A stretch of DNA of 54,391 nt from a virus. Taxonomy: Duplodnaviria > Caudoviricetes. The position numbers were made by a program, and so were the translations under genes. The stretch covers positions 1-54,391 of the IMG/VR virus record IMGVR_UViG_3300009168_000014; one strand, given 5' to 3'. Positions 1 to 10,626 of the stretch are shown here, piece after piece. The notes beneath the pieces are model-generated. The model saw only the letters and a list, made by a program, of their open reading frames with translations. It searched no databases and was not told the origin of the DNA. Every line of letters starts with the position of its first letter. Positions within the stretch are counted from its first letter, which is position 1.

Positions 1-123
1 AGATGGTTGCTATTGTTCTAATGCATAAATCTACTGGGTATCTCTGGATAGTAAAATATGATGAGGATGGCACATTCATAGCAGAAATTAATACTAATAA
101 GACTGGCGGCTCTGTTGGTGATA
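1..123. repeat. Terminal overlap, identical to 54269-54391 (circular contig)
   Basis: AGATGGTTGCTATTG...TGTTGGTGATA occurs at both ends; the ORF from 53758 continues in frame across the join. Confidence 0.95.
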
Positions 124-665
124 TGCATCTCGATGCATCAGGAAATATTTATTTTGCCTATAAGGAACCAACTATATATTCGTATACTTATACATTAGGA
201 TACCGATGGTATTTCAGCCCTACTGTCGGCTATCCTTATTGGATTCTTACACCTAATGGAGGCCTGGCTATTAGTTATGACGGTACTTATCTTATTACAG
301 CCTCTGGAGGGGTTGTGTACTCCGGTGGGGAGAAGTATATAGTAAGAATCTGCAAGGTGAATTCAGCATCAAGGGCTATCATATGGGCAAAGGACATTGT
401 TGGGTCTCTTCTTACGGCAGGGGGATACTACCCTACGGCTGTTGTTTACGGGGTAGGGGTTGGGGAAGAGGGTCAAAGTTATATATTATTTTCTGACCCA
501 AACTATTCATTTATATCTATTGACCCTAATGGAAATGAGCTCTATAAAGGGAAACTTACTCTCCCAGGATTGAACTACTTCGATGACGCAATACCTTTTT
601 ATATTGGAGATGGGCAAAGAACAGCTACAAATATGATTCAACTTCCCCTCAGAACTTGGAGTTAA
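3..665 (+). CDS. 3' part of the 53758..665 gene; beta-propeller-like putative tail protein
   Basis: Propeller-like blades (IVKYDEDG, HLDASGNIY, ISYDGTYL, SIDPNGNELY); lies in the tail module. Confidence 0.55.
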   Translation: MVAIVLMHKSTGYLWIVKYDEDGTFIAEINTNKTGGSVGDMHLDASGNIYFAYKEPTIYSYTYTLGYRWYFSPTVGYPYWILTPNGGLAISYDGTYLITASGGVVYSGGEKYIVRICKVNSASRAIIWAKDIVGSLLTAGGYYPTAVVYGVGVGEEGQSYILFSDPNYSFISIDPNGNELYKGKLTLPGLNYFDDAIPFYIGDGQRTATNMIQLPLRTWS

Positions 666-668
666 TTT

Positions 669-2999
669 ATGGCAATAGATACACAAAAATACATATCATA
701 CCCACTGGCCACACCAGGGATGGACAGGAGCCAGCCAGAGAACCAGGTGAAGGTAGGAGTATTATCGAAGGTGGTGGGAGCTGATGGACGGTTCACCGGA
801 GGGATACGGAAATTCTACGGAATGAAACTCCTGTATGACCTCGCAACCGTGACGGGGATGACTGCTTTGGATGATTATGGTGGTCCCAGCTTTTTCAGAT
901 ACGTCGAGTTCCAGAAGCGGGGAACCTCCATACTAACGAAGGGCTTTGTGATTAGATGGGATTCCATCAACAGTACCAGTGACCAGAGGATAGACTTGGT
1001 TTACACCGAAGACTCTGGAACCACTTGGACGAAACTGGAGATTTGGAATTCTGGTAACAGTATTACCAGCACTACAAAAATTGACTGCTGTACAGACAGT
1101 TATTTCTTATATGTTTTCGTCGAGGGAAAAGCAGCAAAGACGGTTTATTTTAATTCTACTTATCACGTGGTGGATATGGGTCCAGGCTCCTCCGCCTCTC
1201 CTTATTCAGTCATCGACTTCTCTTCTTCAACGTCTATCGGAGAATTTTCCAGTACAACAGCAGCCTCCTCCGCTTCACACTATTTAGACGGCAGTAGTAA
1301 ATATCAATTTGCTTTTCGTTTTTATAGTACTGTCCGTAAGATATATTCAGCTATGAGTACTGTTAGTACAGTAGTAACCTCAACAGCCTCATCCTATAAG
1401 GTTACGGCGATTGTCCCACTAGCAAAGATTGGGGCTGCGTGGAGTCTCGGATATGACCAATGCCACTTCTATCGGTCTATTACACTGGCGGGGAGTGCTA
1501 CGGCTATTCTCTATAAGGAAGGGTCATCGGCCACGTATAATTCTCTTCTAGATGGGGTATATCCCTTAACGTATGTCTATGGGACAATATTAGATGATGC
1601 TCTGCCATTCTTTACATCCTATAGCGGCCAGACGGATTCCATCCTTTCGGCTATACCACAATCCGGTGTTTGTGCAAGATATGAAGGATTGACACTAGCG
1701 GCTCAGTCTCCTTCCGTTGATGGGGGATTTGGCACCTACTACAGCAGTATACTACAGGAATCAGCGGAGTATTTCTCTACCTACAATCTATATAAAGGAG
1801 AGGCAATGCTGGGACGTCCTGTACGCTACATTCCAGCGGGAGATTGTCTATTTCTCTTTACACAGAAGGGAATTGTACATATAAAGAAAATAGCGGCGGC
1901 AAAACCCCTGCAATTTACGGTTCTACATAGGGACCATAGCTTAGTGAGTCCAAGTGCGGTACACCCGATGGGTAATAGTGTTTTCTATCTCTCCTCGGCT
2001 GGACTGATGATTCTTAGCTCGGCAGACGGGACACTGACACAATTAACGGCAGTTGACAGGACACTGCTGGAGGATTGGGCTGGAGATTTGTCAACAATCC
2101 AGAGTGCCTATGATGGGAAAGCCAGTGCGTCATACTTCCTTAACTCGTCTGATGGGACAGTGCTTACGATTTACCATTCAACACAGACTTGCAGCATGTG
2201 GGAGGCCGCACCGTTTACCCAATTGACATCTGGCACGGATATTCTGACGGGGCAGGAAACACAGGCCTACTTCATAACGGCACAGGGAAGAGTTGTCTAT
2301 CCAGACTTAGCGGCCACAGGTAGCGGGACTATGACGGATTTGAGTGCAACAACCCACACCTTGAATGGAACCTTTACGGAGAGCTCGTTTTTGTATGACC
2401 ATCCGACGTTAGGGGAAGTATCGGGTGTCAAAAGCACTATAGCAAAGGGCACGAACTCTCTGATTGGCAGTTATATCGGCATCACATCGGGAGCGATGGC
2501 TGGAGAATTACGCAAAATCCTTGGTGTAGGTATAGGTAGTGGAGATGTCGATACGACCTACTATGTATCACCGTATCCAGGTGATAGGGCTAGCAGTGGT
2601 GTTGTTGTTGGTGGAGATACTTTCGCCATCAGTCCCGTCGTATTCAAGATACGGGGGTGGAGAATAACTGACCCAGACCCACGAAGGGCGGCGGATTCCT
2701 TTATCCGGTGGGTGTTGCGGGGAATCACCTTGAAGCTTCGGCAGTTGTCAGGGTTCACCACTCCTAATCCAAACCTCTATTTCAGGTGTGGAGCCTACCG
2801 GAATAATGCAACTACGGTAACTGGAACATGTTATGTACCAGTCAGTACTACGCCTACTACAGCGACTCAGCAAATCACCGGCGGACTCGACGGTATTGAC
2901 ATAGAACCATATGTGGAACAAATCTCATCTGGAACGAAATTTGAATTGACAAACATAGAGTTAGATGTTAGAATGAGTGAAAGCAGGAAAACTAGTTAG
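669..2999 (+). CDS. Putative tail tubular/nozzle protein (T7 gp12 / P22 gp10-like)
   Basis: 776 aa, beta-rich; placed before the internal proteins; SVFYLSSAGLM segment and C-terminal FELTNIELDVR are typical of this class. Confidence 0.55.
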   Translation: MAIDTQKYISYPLATPGMDRSQPENQVKVGVLSKVVGADGRFTGGIRKFYGMKLLYDLATVTGMTALDDYGGPSFFRYVEFQKRGTSILTKGFVIRWDSINSTSDQRIDLVYTEDSGTTWTKLEIWNSGNSITSTTKIDCCTDSYFLYVFVEGKAAKTVYFNSTYHVVDMGPGSSASPYSVIDFSSSTSIGEFSSTTAASSASHYLDGSSKYQFAFRFYSTVRKIYSAMSTVSTVVTSTASSYKVTAIVPLAKIGAAWSLGYDQCHFYRSITLAGSATAILYKEGSSATYNSLLDGVYPLTYVYGTILDDALPFFTSYSGQTDSILSAIPQSGVCARYEGLTLAAQSPSVDGGFGTYYSSILQESAEYFSTYNLYKGEAMLGRPVRYIPAGDCLFLFTQKGIVHIKKIAAAKPLQFTVLHRDHSLVSPSAVHPMGNSVFYLSSAGLMILSSADGTLTQLTAVDRTLLEDWAGDLSTIQSAYDGKASASYFLNSSDGTVLTIYHSTQTCSMWEAAPFTQLTSGTDILTGQETQAYFITAQGRVVYPDLAATGSGTMTDLSATTHTLNGTFTESSFLYDHPTLGEVSGVKSTIAKGTNSLIGSYIGITSGAMAGELRKILGVGIGSGDVDTTYYVSPYPGDRASSGVVVGGDTFAISPVVFKIRGWRITDPDPRRAADSFIRWVLRGITLKLRQLSGFTTPNPNLYFRCGAYRNNATTVTGTCYVPVSTTPTTATQQITGGLDGIDIEPYVEQISSGTKFELTNIELDVRMSESRKTS

Positions 3000-3009
3000 G
3001 AGATAGTCT

Positions 3010-4890
3010 ATGGCAACAACCCTCCAGGATTTATATAAAAGTATGCTTATTGGTGATGGAAGCATGGTGTCGGGGTATGACCCAACCTCTATGGTGAAGG
3101 CGGCGGCGAACAATCCCAATAAGAAGCTGGATTTTGGGGCCGTTAGTGGAAATACCTCTACTCCAACCTCGTCTGCTGTTAGAACCGCAGTGACTGGGCT
3201 TAATAATAAAACACCTACGGGAGCCGTTACACCTGGGACCACCACACCAAAGATATCCGCTGAGATTATAAAGGGTATGCAGACACCGACTATGCCTAAT
3301 ACCAAGACGTATGACCCGACCCAGATAACCCAGCAATTTAAGGACGCCGAGACGAGGAAGATGTATAATGTGACGGGTACACAGTCTGGTATGGCCGCCT
3401 TAAATGAGCGGTTTAAGGGTAATATAACGGAAAGAGGAAAAGGTAACTATGCAGTGGGTGGGGTGGCCCCAGGCGTTGGTGGCAGTGGAATTGTGACAAC
3501 AGTTGACCCTAACTCCAAGTTCTATCAGACGTTAGATACGTTGACACAGATGGGATTGGAATTAAAAATCCCGAATATTGAAGGTCTTTTGAGTCAGATA
3601 GAACCAGGTGATAATGCTGCACTCGGTAGGATACAGGCTGGGATGATGGACTATGCAACCAAAATCGACGCCACAGGAAAAACAGCAGCACGGCTACAGG
3701 GTGCTTTTGATATGATTAATCAGTCGAATATCAACTATCAATCACAGTTGGATGAATCCCTGAAGAATGCCGATAAAGGTAGTGTACAACTCCAGAATAT
3801 ATGGAAGATGAATATAGACAAAGCCGACGAGTATGTGGCAAATGCTAACAACCGAATGGCTGATGTAATGGCAAAGATTGAAGCTATCCATGCCGATACA
3901 ATGAAGGCAATGGGTGATTTCAGCGTTAAGATAGACCCATTTAAGTGGGACCCTCCAAAGGTAGAGGAGTCCTCTAATTTAGCTAAGATGTCTGCCCATG
4001 CTATGCAGGCTTCTGTGCAGGCAACGATGGGAGCTTTTGATAGCGTTAAGCAGGAAATAGCTGGCCGATACGGTGCAGATAGTCCGGAGATGCGGGAGTT
4101 GAATGCGAAGTATAATGCCTCCCTTACCGGAATACAAAGTACCATACAGGTGGAGTTTGCGAAGTTGCAGGAAACCTCCAGAATGCAGAAGGAACAACTG
4201 GCATATATGGAGAGTATCGAAGCGAACAAGAACTTCAATTCCTACTCACAACATGCTCAGGATATTAGTTTAGCTGCCCAGACTGCGTTGCTACAGGCTA
4301 GAACCAATGTAGCGACATCTGGTGAGGCTAGTATGATAAAAGCTATGACTGATATGTCGATGTACATCAACTATCACGAGCAGATGGCTATGCAGACGAG
4401 AGCCCAGTATGCAACAGCAACGGCAGAGGATAACCTCAAACGAACCCAGCTGGATTTGCAGGTGGCACAGTTGAAGAATCTTGGCTATACTGATACAGCG
4501 AACTGGTTGGCCTCTATGCCAGAATACACCATAGAGCTTGGTGGTCTTATGGAAATTATCGTGAATAGTCTGCCGCAGAATGATGCTATGCAACAGTCGA
4601 TTAACGGTGGCAATAGGGGATATGTCCCATCAGGGAATGCCTATCAGCCTGCACCAGCTACGACGTTCCCACAATTGAATACACAGGCGGGAGTGAAGAC
4701 TCCTACACCTGCTGTGAAGACTCCTACGTCAAATCCTAATCAAGTTCGACAGGATGGAACAACGAGACTCCAGGTAAATCAGGCGAAGAAAACCCAGCAG
4801 ACAGCTGCTAAGACTCTTAATAATACCGGTATGAGTTCTTCTCAGGTATTTAATAATAATAATTTACTATCCTCAAAACTATATGGCTAA
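3010..4890 (+). CDS. Putative internal virion/ejection protein
   Basis: 626 aa, A/Q/M-rich and helical; follows the tubular-like gene. Confidence 0.45.
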   Translation: MATTLQDLYKSMLIGDGSMVSGYDPTSMVKAAANNPNKKLDFGAVSGNTSTPTSSAVRTAVTGLNNKTPTGAVTPGTTTPKISAEIIKGMQTPTMPNTKTYDPTQITQQFKDAETRKMYNVTGTQSGMAALNERFKGNITERGKGNYAVGGVAPGVGGSGIVTTVDPNSKFYQTLDTLTQMGLELKIPNIEGLLSQIEPGDNAALGRIQAGMMDYATKIDATGKTAARLQGAFDMINQSNINYQSQLDESLKNADKGSVQLQNIWKMNIDKADEYVANANNRMADVMAKIEAIHADTMKAMGDFSVKIDPFKWDPPKVEESSNLAKMSAHAMQASVQATMGAFDSVKQEIAGRYGADSPEMRELNAKYNASLTGIQSTIQVEFAKLQETSRMQKEQLAYMESIEANKNFNSYSQHAQDISLAAQTALLQARTNVATSGEASMIKAMTDMSMYINYHEQMAMQTRAQYATATAEDNLKRTQLDLQVAQLKNLGYTDTANWLASMPEYTIELGGLMEIIVNSLPQNDAMQQSINGGNRGYVPSGNAYQPAPATTFPQLNTQAGVKTPTPAVKTPTSNPNQVRQDGTTRLQVNQAKKTQQTAAKTLNNTGMSSSQVFNNNNLLSSKLYG

Positions 4891-4910
4891 AGGCCGATTA
4901 GGAGAGAAAT

Positions 4911-6041
4911 ATGGTAGCAGGTAATATACCGAATATGGGTCCCATCATACCGATGGGGAATGACCCTAACGTATTGCAGAGTATTCACGCTGGGAACCAA
5001 TTGCAAACCCAGAGGGATACAGCTGTCTATAATGCACAGCAACAGAAAGAGATAGTGTCGATGGAGCAACAGGGAGCTATGGAACGCCAGCTCCAACAGC
5101 AACGAGAGCAGGAACTTGAGAGGAACTTTCAGAGGAGCCTAGCTGAATTTAATATGCAGGCATCTGAGAGGATGTTGAATCTAAAACGTAGCTACGATGT
5201 ATCTGATAGAGATATGTGGATAGAGAAGCAAGACGCCTATCAAAAAGATAAGATGTCCTATGACCAGGAGCTCCTAACCAATCAGAAGTGGATGAATATG
5301 TTGACACTGAAGATGCAACTCGCCAACCTAAAGCAGACTGGAATGGGTCAGGAGAAGATGCAGAAAATTATGCAGACACTTATCCAGAAAGGTGAGGAGT
5401 CTACGAATCTTCGTCGGGATTTTGAAACGACCCTGAGTAGGGCTGGAACGGCTGCCGATACGTTGGATTTCGACCCTCTGGTGGTCCCAGTTGATTCAAT
5501 GGGCAAGGTGTTGCCGAATTTAGTAGATGGATTATTTGGTGGTATAACAAAAAATGCAACATTAGAGACACTGGAAGGAGACTCAAAAGCCCTAGAAGCT
5601 TTAGTGGCTCAATCCCGTGGAACTGATAAGGAACTGGGAGCCGCACATTTAGCCCATCTTGGAACTGTCTTAGAAGGTATTCAATCTACGATAACACAGA
5701 AAATAACAGATAAATCTGGAGACGCTTCCCCAACAGGGAAAGTGACATTGGCGAGATTACGTGATGCTAGGGCACGGATAAATAAAGCGGCCCTCAACCT
5801 TGACAGCCTCATCAGTAGTTCTGACCCTTATGTGGCTCAACTGAGTAAACGAGCCCAAAGTATGCGTCGAGGTGGCTCTGTCGGAGACGTACTTCGAGAA
5901 TTAGTCGATAAGTCCCCAGCTAAGACGTGGGATTTTGACAGTGTATTTAATTCATTGAATAAAGAGATGGGCAATATAGAGAATATCCCATCGGAATTTA
6001 GAGATGTTTTTGGGATTATACAATCTTTTGGAGGTAGATAA
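4911..6041 (+). CDS. Putative internal virion protein
   Basis: Coiled-coil, Q/E-rich, 376 aa; AGGAG RBS. Confidence 0.45.
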   Translation: MVAGNIPNMGPIIPMGNDPNVLQSIHAGNQLQTQRDTAVYNAQQQKEIVSMEQQGAMERQLQQQREQELERNFQRSLAEFNMQASERMLNLKRSYDVSDRDMWIEKQDAYQKDKMSYDQELLTNQKWMNMLTLKMQLANLKQTGMGQEKMQKIMQTLIQKGEESTNLRRDFETTLSRAGTAADTLDFDPLVVPVDSMGKVLPNLVDGLFGGITKNATLETLEGDSKALEALVAQSRGTDKELGAAHLAHLGTVLEGIQSTITQKITDKSGDASPTGKVTLARLRDARARINKAALNLDSLISSSDPYVAQLSKRAQSMRRGGSVGDVLRELVDKSPAKTWDFDSVFNSLNKEMGNIENIPSEFRDVFGIIQSFGGR

Positions 6042-6043
6042 CG

Positions 6044-6475
6044 ATGCATATTGCAATTCTATTAGCACTCCTCGGAGCTGGATTTGCACTAAAAGACCTC
6101 TTACCATTTAGTGCAGCACAGAAGGGTATTAAGCTCCAAGAGGGAATGCTGGGACTAGAACGTGACAAGATGAAGACCTCTAATGATGCCCAGAAGAAGA
6201 TGATGGAAGTCCTGATGGGTATGCGGACTGCTGAACGAGAATCCGAGAGAGCCACTAAAAGAGAAGAACGCCTGTTAGTTACTGGTGAGAAGGCTGCTGA
6301 TAGGGAATCAGAATTATTGCAACAGGCTCTTCAGATGATGCAGATGGGTGAGACACAGCGGATGGCTCTTAACACACAGGGAATGGGAGCTATAGCAGGT
6401 GCAATGGGTAATACGCCTCCAAGAAGACCAGAACCCATAAATCCATTATCAATGATTAACGCTCTACGTATGTAA
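6044..6475 (+). CDS. Putative ejection protein with hydrophobic N-terminus
   Basis: N-terminal hydrophobic helix followed by coiled coil; GGAGG RBS. Confidence 0.4.
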   Translation: MHIAILLALLGAGFALKDLLPFSAAQKGIKLQEGMLGLERDKMKTSNDAQKKMMEVLMGMRTAERESERATKREERLLVTGEKAADRESELLQQALQMMQMGETQRMALNTQGMGAIAGAMGNTPPRRPEPINPLSMINALRM

Positions 6476-6491
6476 TTATAGGAGATAGACA

Positions 6492-7475
6492 ATGCCTACT
6501 GTTCCGGAACTTATGAAGCTATTAGGTACTAATAGTATCAGCAGTGACCCTGCTATTATGAACGCTATTAATACAGCCAGCAGTGTATCTGGGAGTGACC
6601 CACAAACACTGTTGCAGATGATACAATCACGCAGTGTTCCAAGCTTGGCTCCTAAATCAGGACCAGGTGCGACTATAGGGAAACTGCGGGGACTCTCTAA
6701 GGCGAAACAACTGGAACTAAAGAATCTATTCCGAAAACTTCTGGGAACCACAAAACAAGCAAAAGGTTCTCCGACAAAGGTGAATGACCTTCTGACCCAG
6801 ATAGGTAATTTGGTCGGAGCCCCTCCTGAAGGTGCATTCGTTGGACCTGAGCTTGGCTTATGGCAAAAATCGCCAGCCGGTCTTATTAATAAACCTCCAC
6901 AACCAGAAGTAGGAATGACGGACGACCTCGCCTCAATTATGGCAGAGGGGATGGGCGGAAGAACTCCTAAGTTTAATCGAACTGCTAGGACTGCGACTTC
7001 TGCTGGAACCACAACGGGTGGGGGGTCGTGGGTAGATGACTTACTGGGAATGCTGGGAATGGGAAAGAAAGCAAGAGGAGGCGGGAAGCTGAAGGTTGCA
7101 GTAGCCAAAACAGTTGCTCCTGAAGTAGCGGCTGGCAGTATGGGTAAATTCCTGAAATTTCTTAAGGCTAATCCTACGATGGCTGGATTGCTGATGGGCG
7201 TAGCAGGCACGGCTGCGGGCACTGGAGCAGGTGAACTAGCGATGTCACTGGCTCCTGGAAGCCCAGAGAACCGGATGTTCACAGCTCAACAGAAACACAT
7301 AGAAGGCCTCAGAGGTCTACAGGACCCAGATGCACTGGTAGCACAACAGATGATACCTCTACTGATGGCTCAATTGCAAGGGGGTGGTGGACTCCCGCCA
7401 GGGATGCTGATGCCTGGGATGACGCCTGGGACCACCAACGTACCTGGGGAAGAAATGATTGGAGGACCTCAATAA
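6492..7475 (+). CDS. Putative internal virion/ejection protein, G/A-rich
   Basis: AGGAG RBS; G/A-rich hydrophobic stretch near the C-terminus. Confidence 0.4.
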   Translation: MPTVPELMKLLGTNSISSDPAIMNAINTASSVSGSDPQTLLQMIQSRSVPSLAPKSGPGATIGKLRGLSKAKQLELKNLFRKLLGTTKQAKGSPTKVNDLLTQIGNLVGAPPEGAFVGPELGLWQKSPAGLINKPPQPEVGMTDDLASIMAEGMGGRTPKFNRTARTATSAGTTTGGGSWVDDLLGMLGMGKKARGGGKLKVAVAKTVAPEVAAGSMGKFLKFLKANPTMAGLLMGVAGTAAGTGAGELAMSLAPGSPENRMFTAQQKHIEGLRGLQDPDALVAQQMIPLLMAQLQGGGGLPPGMLMPGMTPGTTNVPGEEMIGGPQ

Positions 7476-7494
7476 GCAGTAGGAGTTGATAACT

Positions 7495-10400
7495 ATGCCA
7501 GTCCCAACAAAGCCAAAGGAGTTTGCAGACTTTCCACTGTCTATCTATGATAGGCCTTCTATCGCCGCCAGCAACCTAATGGTGGGGAATGTAGGTGGAG
7601 CTTTCGATGCTCTGTTCAAACCTGACGATATGTCCCCCGATGAGATTAAGACAATTCAAAACCGCTTCCTATCTGGAATCAAACGGGAGAACATCCTTGT
7701 AAAAACCGCTATTGATATGGCAACGAATCCCTTAGTGATTATCGGGCTGGTTATGGGGATGGGGCCTTGGGGTAAAGTAGCGGGTCTGCGTAGTATGGAA
7801 GCTTTAGGTAAGATGGGCAAGAAGATTATCGGTCCACCTAACGCCAGTATTATGAGATATATGAGCTCTGGAACGGTCTTCCGTAATATAAAAGGCTTCG
7901 TGGATAAGATGATTGATGTATCCAAGAGAACCGCAGACTTCTACGAAACCAGCATAAAAGCAAAACAGTTAATCTTCGAGGGGGCAGGTCGTGCCCTGAC
8001 GAAGGAAGAACGAATGCTGGTATTTATGTATAACAAGAAATTCAACACCGTAGATAATGAACTACAGACATATTGGAAAGCATTCATAAGAACAGATAAA
8101 CCACTGACTCCAGACCTCCAACGGCATATGAAACCTGAAGTACTAAAGGTTGCCAGACAGTTGCAGGAACTCACAACCAAGCTGGGTAAGGATGTAATGC
8201 TGGATAAGGATGGCAATGTTATCCGTGACTTAGCCGCTAAGGGAACCATCTGGGATGAGGATTATGGAGCCCCCAATGTTATTCGACAGAATAAGTTTCG
8301 TGAGTATATCTATGAGTCCGCTGGAGATAACGCTACTCGTCGCAGATATCTACAGAGGGAACACGGCTTAACTAGTGGGGCATCTGGACATACAAAGGCA
8401 AGGAATCACTTCACACTTCCAACTATAGAGGATATGCAACTGATGAAGAAATATTGGGACCCAGAACAGTGGGATGCAGTAATGAGATTAGAGGAAAAGA
8501 CTATCGGAAATGTCCGACGTGTACTACAGGAAACAGTAGACGAGACCCGTAGTTATTATGCAGCAAATAAATCTGTATGGGGAGAGGATGAGGTAGCTGA
8601 GAAGCTTGCCCCTAAATTAAAGAAGGCATCCGAAGTGATAGTGCACCATCTATCAACTCTGGGGGCCGATGAGCCGGCTGTCCTGAAGAGAATATCCAAA
8701 GAGGTACTGAATATCTCTATGCGGAACCCTGAAGAAGGCAGTGTATTTATCGACCTGATGGCTCGGAAACTGGGAGCCCCAGCCCGCTACATAATGGATA
8801 TGGATGATGTAATGAACCACTACATCCGGAGTATGGCTCCGACATATGCCTGGTTTACTCCCACAAGTGCGAACAAAACTGTCGGATTAGGACGGGAACT
8901 GGAAGATATGATACAGGGTGCTGGTTTTACTCCTGAAGCAGATATGCAGAGAACCATCTATGGGGATAGTGTAAGACCACTACTCAGAGGATTTATGCAT
9001 CCAAATGAATTCCTGCGGTCATTAGCCCATACTTCACGTGTTGCCAAAATGCGGGAAGTACTTTCAACAGACTGGGCTCGGAAGTGGATACCTAATAATG
9101 GGAGACAATGGATGATGGACTCTCTGGCGAAGAGTACCAGTATGGATGTCGGAAATCAACTGGCTAGTATGTACTACCTGTCTACACTTGGAATGAATAT
9201 CGCCAATGCTACGAATAATGCTTTCCAGCCGTTCATCACGACTGTTAATATGGTTGGCCCAAATGCAATGGGAAAGGGAATGTGGAGAGTCATGTCCGGT
9301 CTTAAGACAGTTATGAAGGAAGGGCCGACGGTTGGATGGGGCAAAGCCTTCTCAGAGACCTTCAAGGAGTATACGGAGCATTTTGGACATGAGAATATAT
9401 TGGCAGCTATGACCCGTGGTGATATTCTACGGGAAGATATAATGCAGTCGCCGCTGAAGGGAGCATGGGAAAAATTCAAGGGGGCTATCCAGTTGCCGTT
9501 TGGAGCCACTGAAAAGTGGGATAGGCTGATTACCTTCTATGCTGGACACGCCAAAGCTGTCTCAGAAGGTGCGGAGGCCATCGAAGCAGGCACTCTGGCT
9601 AGGAACCTAGTACAGATGACGCAGTTTACAGGTGGTGTGGTTGGACAGCCAATCGCCCTACAAGGAATGTGGCAACCTCTACGGCAGTACCTACATTTCC
9701 CTATGAGATATATGGAGTATATGTATAATACTCTAAGTATGGGTCCCGAACCCGCAAAGCTATCTTTGGGAGTAATGGGACGAACACTGGCTGGGAGTGC
9801 CGCTGCTTACACGGCTGCGAAGAACTTAGGTGGAGTAGATATTCATAGGGGTCTATTGTTTGGAGCCCTGCCTATTCCAGAATATGATAAAGCTCCATTC
9901 TATCCGTGGCCTCTAGTGCCTCCTGCTGTAGGTATGGTGGGAGATATAGCCCAGTCAGTATTGAAGGGTGACTATAAGGGCTTGGCGGGTCGGGTCGGAA
10001 GCATGGTGGTCCCAGGAGGTTTAGCGATACGTAGAGCATATCGAACTCTGGCTCCAAAGTATGCAAGATACGACCAACGCACTCCGGAAGGAAGAATCCC
10101 AATTTTCAATGACTCTGGGACCCTCGTAGGGACACGAACTCCGATGGAGCTGACCTTACAGTCGGTCGGAATTAAGCCGATGGGACCCCAACAAGAGCAG
10201 GCAATGATGAAATACCTGTTGAGACAGCGGGATAAGATACGTGAGTATAGAAGGCGATATGTTTCCTCTATCGTGGATAATGATTTGGAGACATCAAATA
10301 AAATACAGGCTGAGTTCCAGCAGGAATATCCTACACTCGGCGAGTTGACCTTCAGGAAGTCGGATTTAGGATATGAGAAACAGCGTAGGACGATGGACAG

Positions 10401-10626
10401 GGTACAGAAGACACTGAGGACTTTGCCGATGCAGTATAGGGGGGCGTTCCAAGATATAGTGGACCAAGCCGTGACTAACGACCTGGCCCACACAATCAAT
10501 CAGAAGGTAGCTACTTTCCAGAAGTCTGCGTATCCTCAGTTGTCTGAGTTACCACAGCGTTCTCCCCAAAGCGGTCCGTTGAAGTATGAAGACATTTTAG
10601 GTCTGCCAGATGAGGGGTTATTCTAA
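7495..10626 (+). CDS. Large internal virion/DNA ejection protein
   Basis: ~1043 aa from ATG 7495 behind AGGAG; helical; last gene of the structural arm, as in podoviruses. Confidence 0.5.
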   Translation: MPVPTKPKEFADFPLSIYDRPSIAASNLMVGNVGGAFDALFKPDDMSPDEIKTIQNRFLSGIKRENILVKTAIDMATNPLVIIGLVMGMGPWGKVAGLRSMEALGKMGKKIIGPPNASIMRYMSSGTVFRNIKGFVDKMIDVSKRTADFYETSIKAKQLIFEGAGRALTKEERMLVFMYNKKFNTVDNELQTYWKAFIRTDKPLTPDLQRHMKPEVLKVARQLQELTTKLGKDVMLDKDGNVIRDLAAKGTIWDEDYGAPNVIRQNKFREYIYESAGDNATRRRYLQREHGLTSGASGHTKARNHFTLPTIEDMQLMKKYWDPEQWDAVMRLEEKTIGNVRRVLQETVDETRSYYAANKSVWGEDEVAEKLAPKLKKASEVIVHHLSTLGADEPAVLKRISKEVLNISMRNPEEGSVFIDLMARKLGAPARYIMDMDDVMNHYIRSMAPTYAWFTPTSANKTVGLGRELEDMIQGAGFTPEADMQRTIYGDSVRPLLRGFMHPNEFLRSLAHTSRVAKMREVLSTDWARKWIPNNGRQWMMDSLAKSTSMDVGNQLASMYYLSTLGMNIANATNNAFQPFITTVNMVGPNAMGKGMWRVMSGLKTVMKEGPTVGWGKAFSETFKEYTEHFGHENILAAMTRGDILREDIMQSPLKGAWEKFKGAIQLPFGATEKWDRLITFYAGHAKAVSEGAEAIEAGTLARNLVQMTQFTGGVVGQPIALQGMWQPLRQYLHFPMRYMEYMYNTLSMGPEPAKLSLGVMGRTLAGSAAAYTAAKNLGGVDIHRGLLFGALPIPEYDKAPFYPWPLVPPAVGMVGDIAQSVLKGDYKGLAGRVGSMVVPGGLAIRRAYRTLAPKYARYDQRTPEGRIPIFNDSGTLVGTRTPMELTLQSVGIKPMGPQQEQAMMKYLLRQRDKIREYRRRYVSSIVDNDLETSNKIQAEFQQEYPTLGELTFRKSDLGYEKQRRTMDRVQKTLRTLPMQYRGAFQDIVDQAVTNDLAHTINQKVATFQKSAYPQLSELPQRSPQSGPLKYEDILGLPDEGLF

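Noticed and set aside
6476-7282. Long antisense ORFs (e.g. 6476..7282, 50723..51661, 9972..10499)
   Set aside because: Shadows of well-supported + strand genes, without RBS or recognisable motifs
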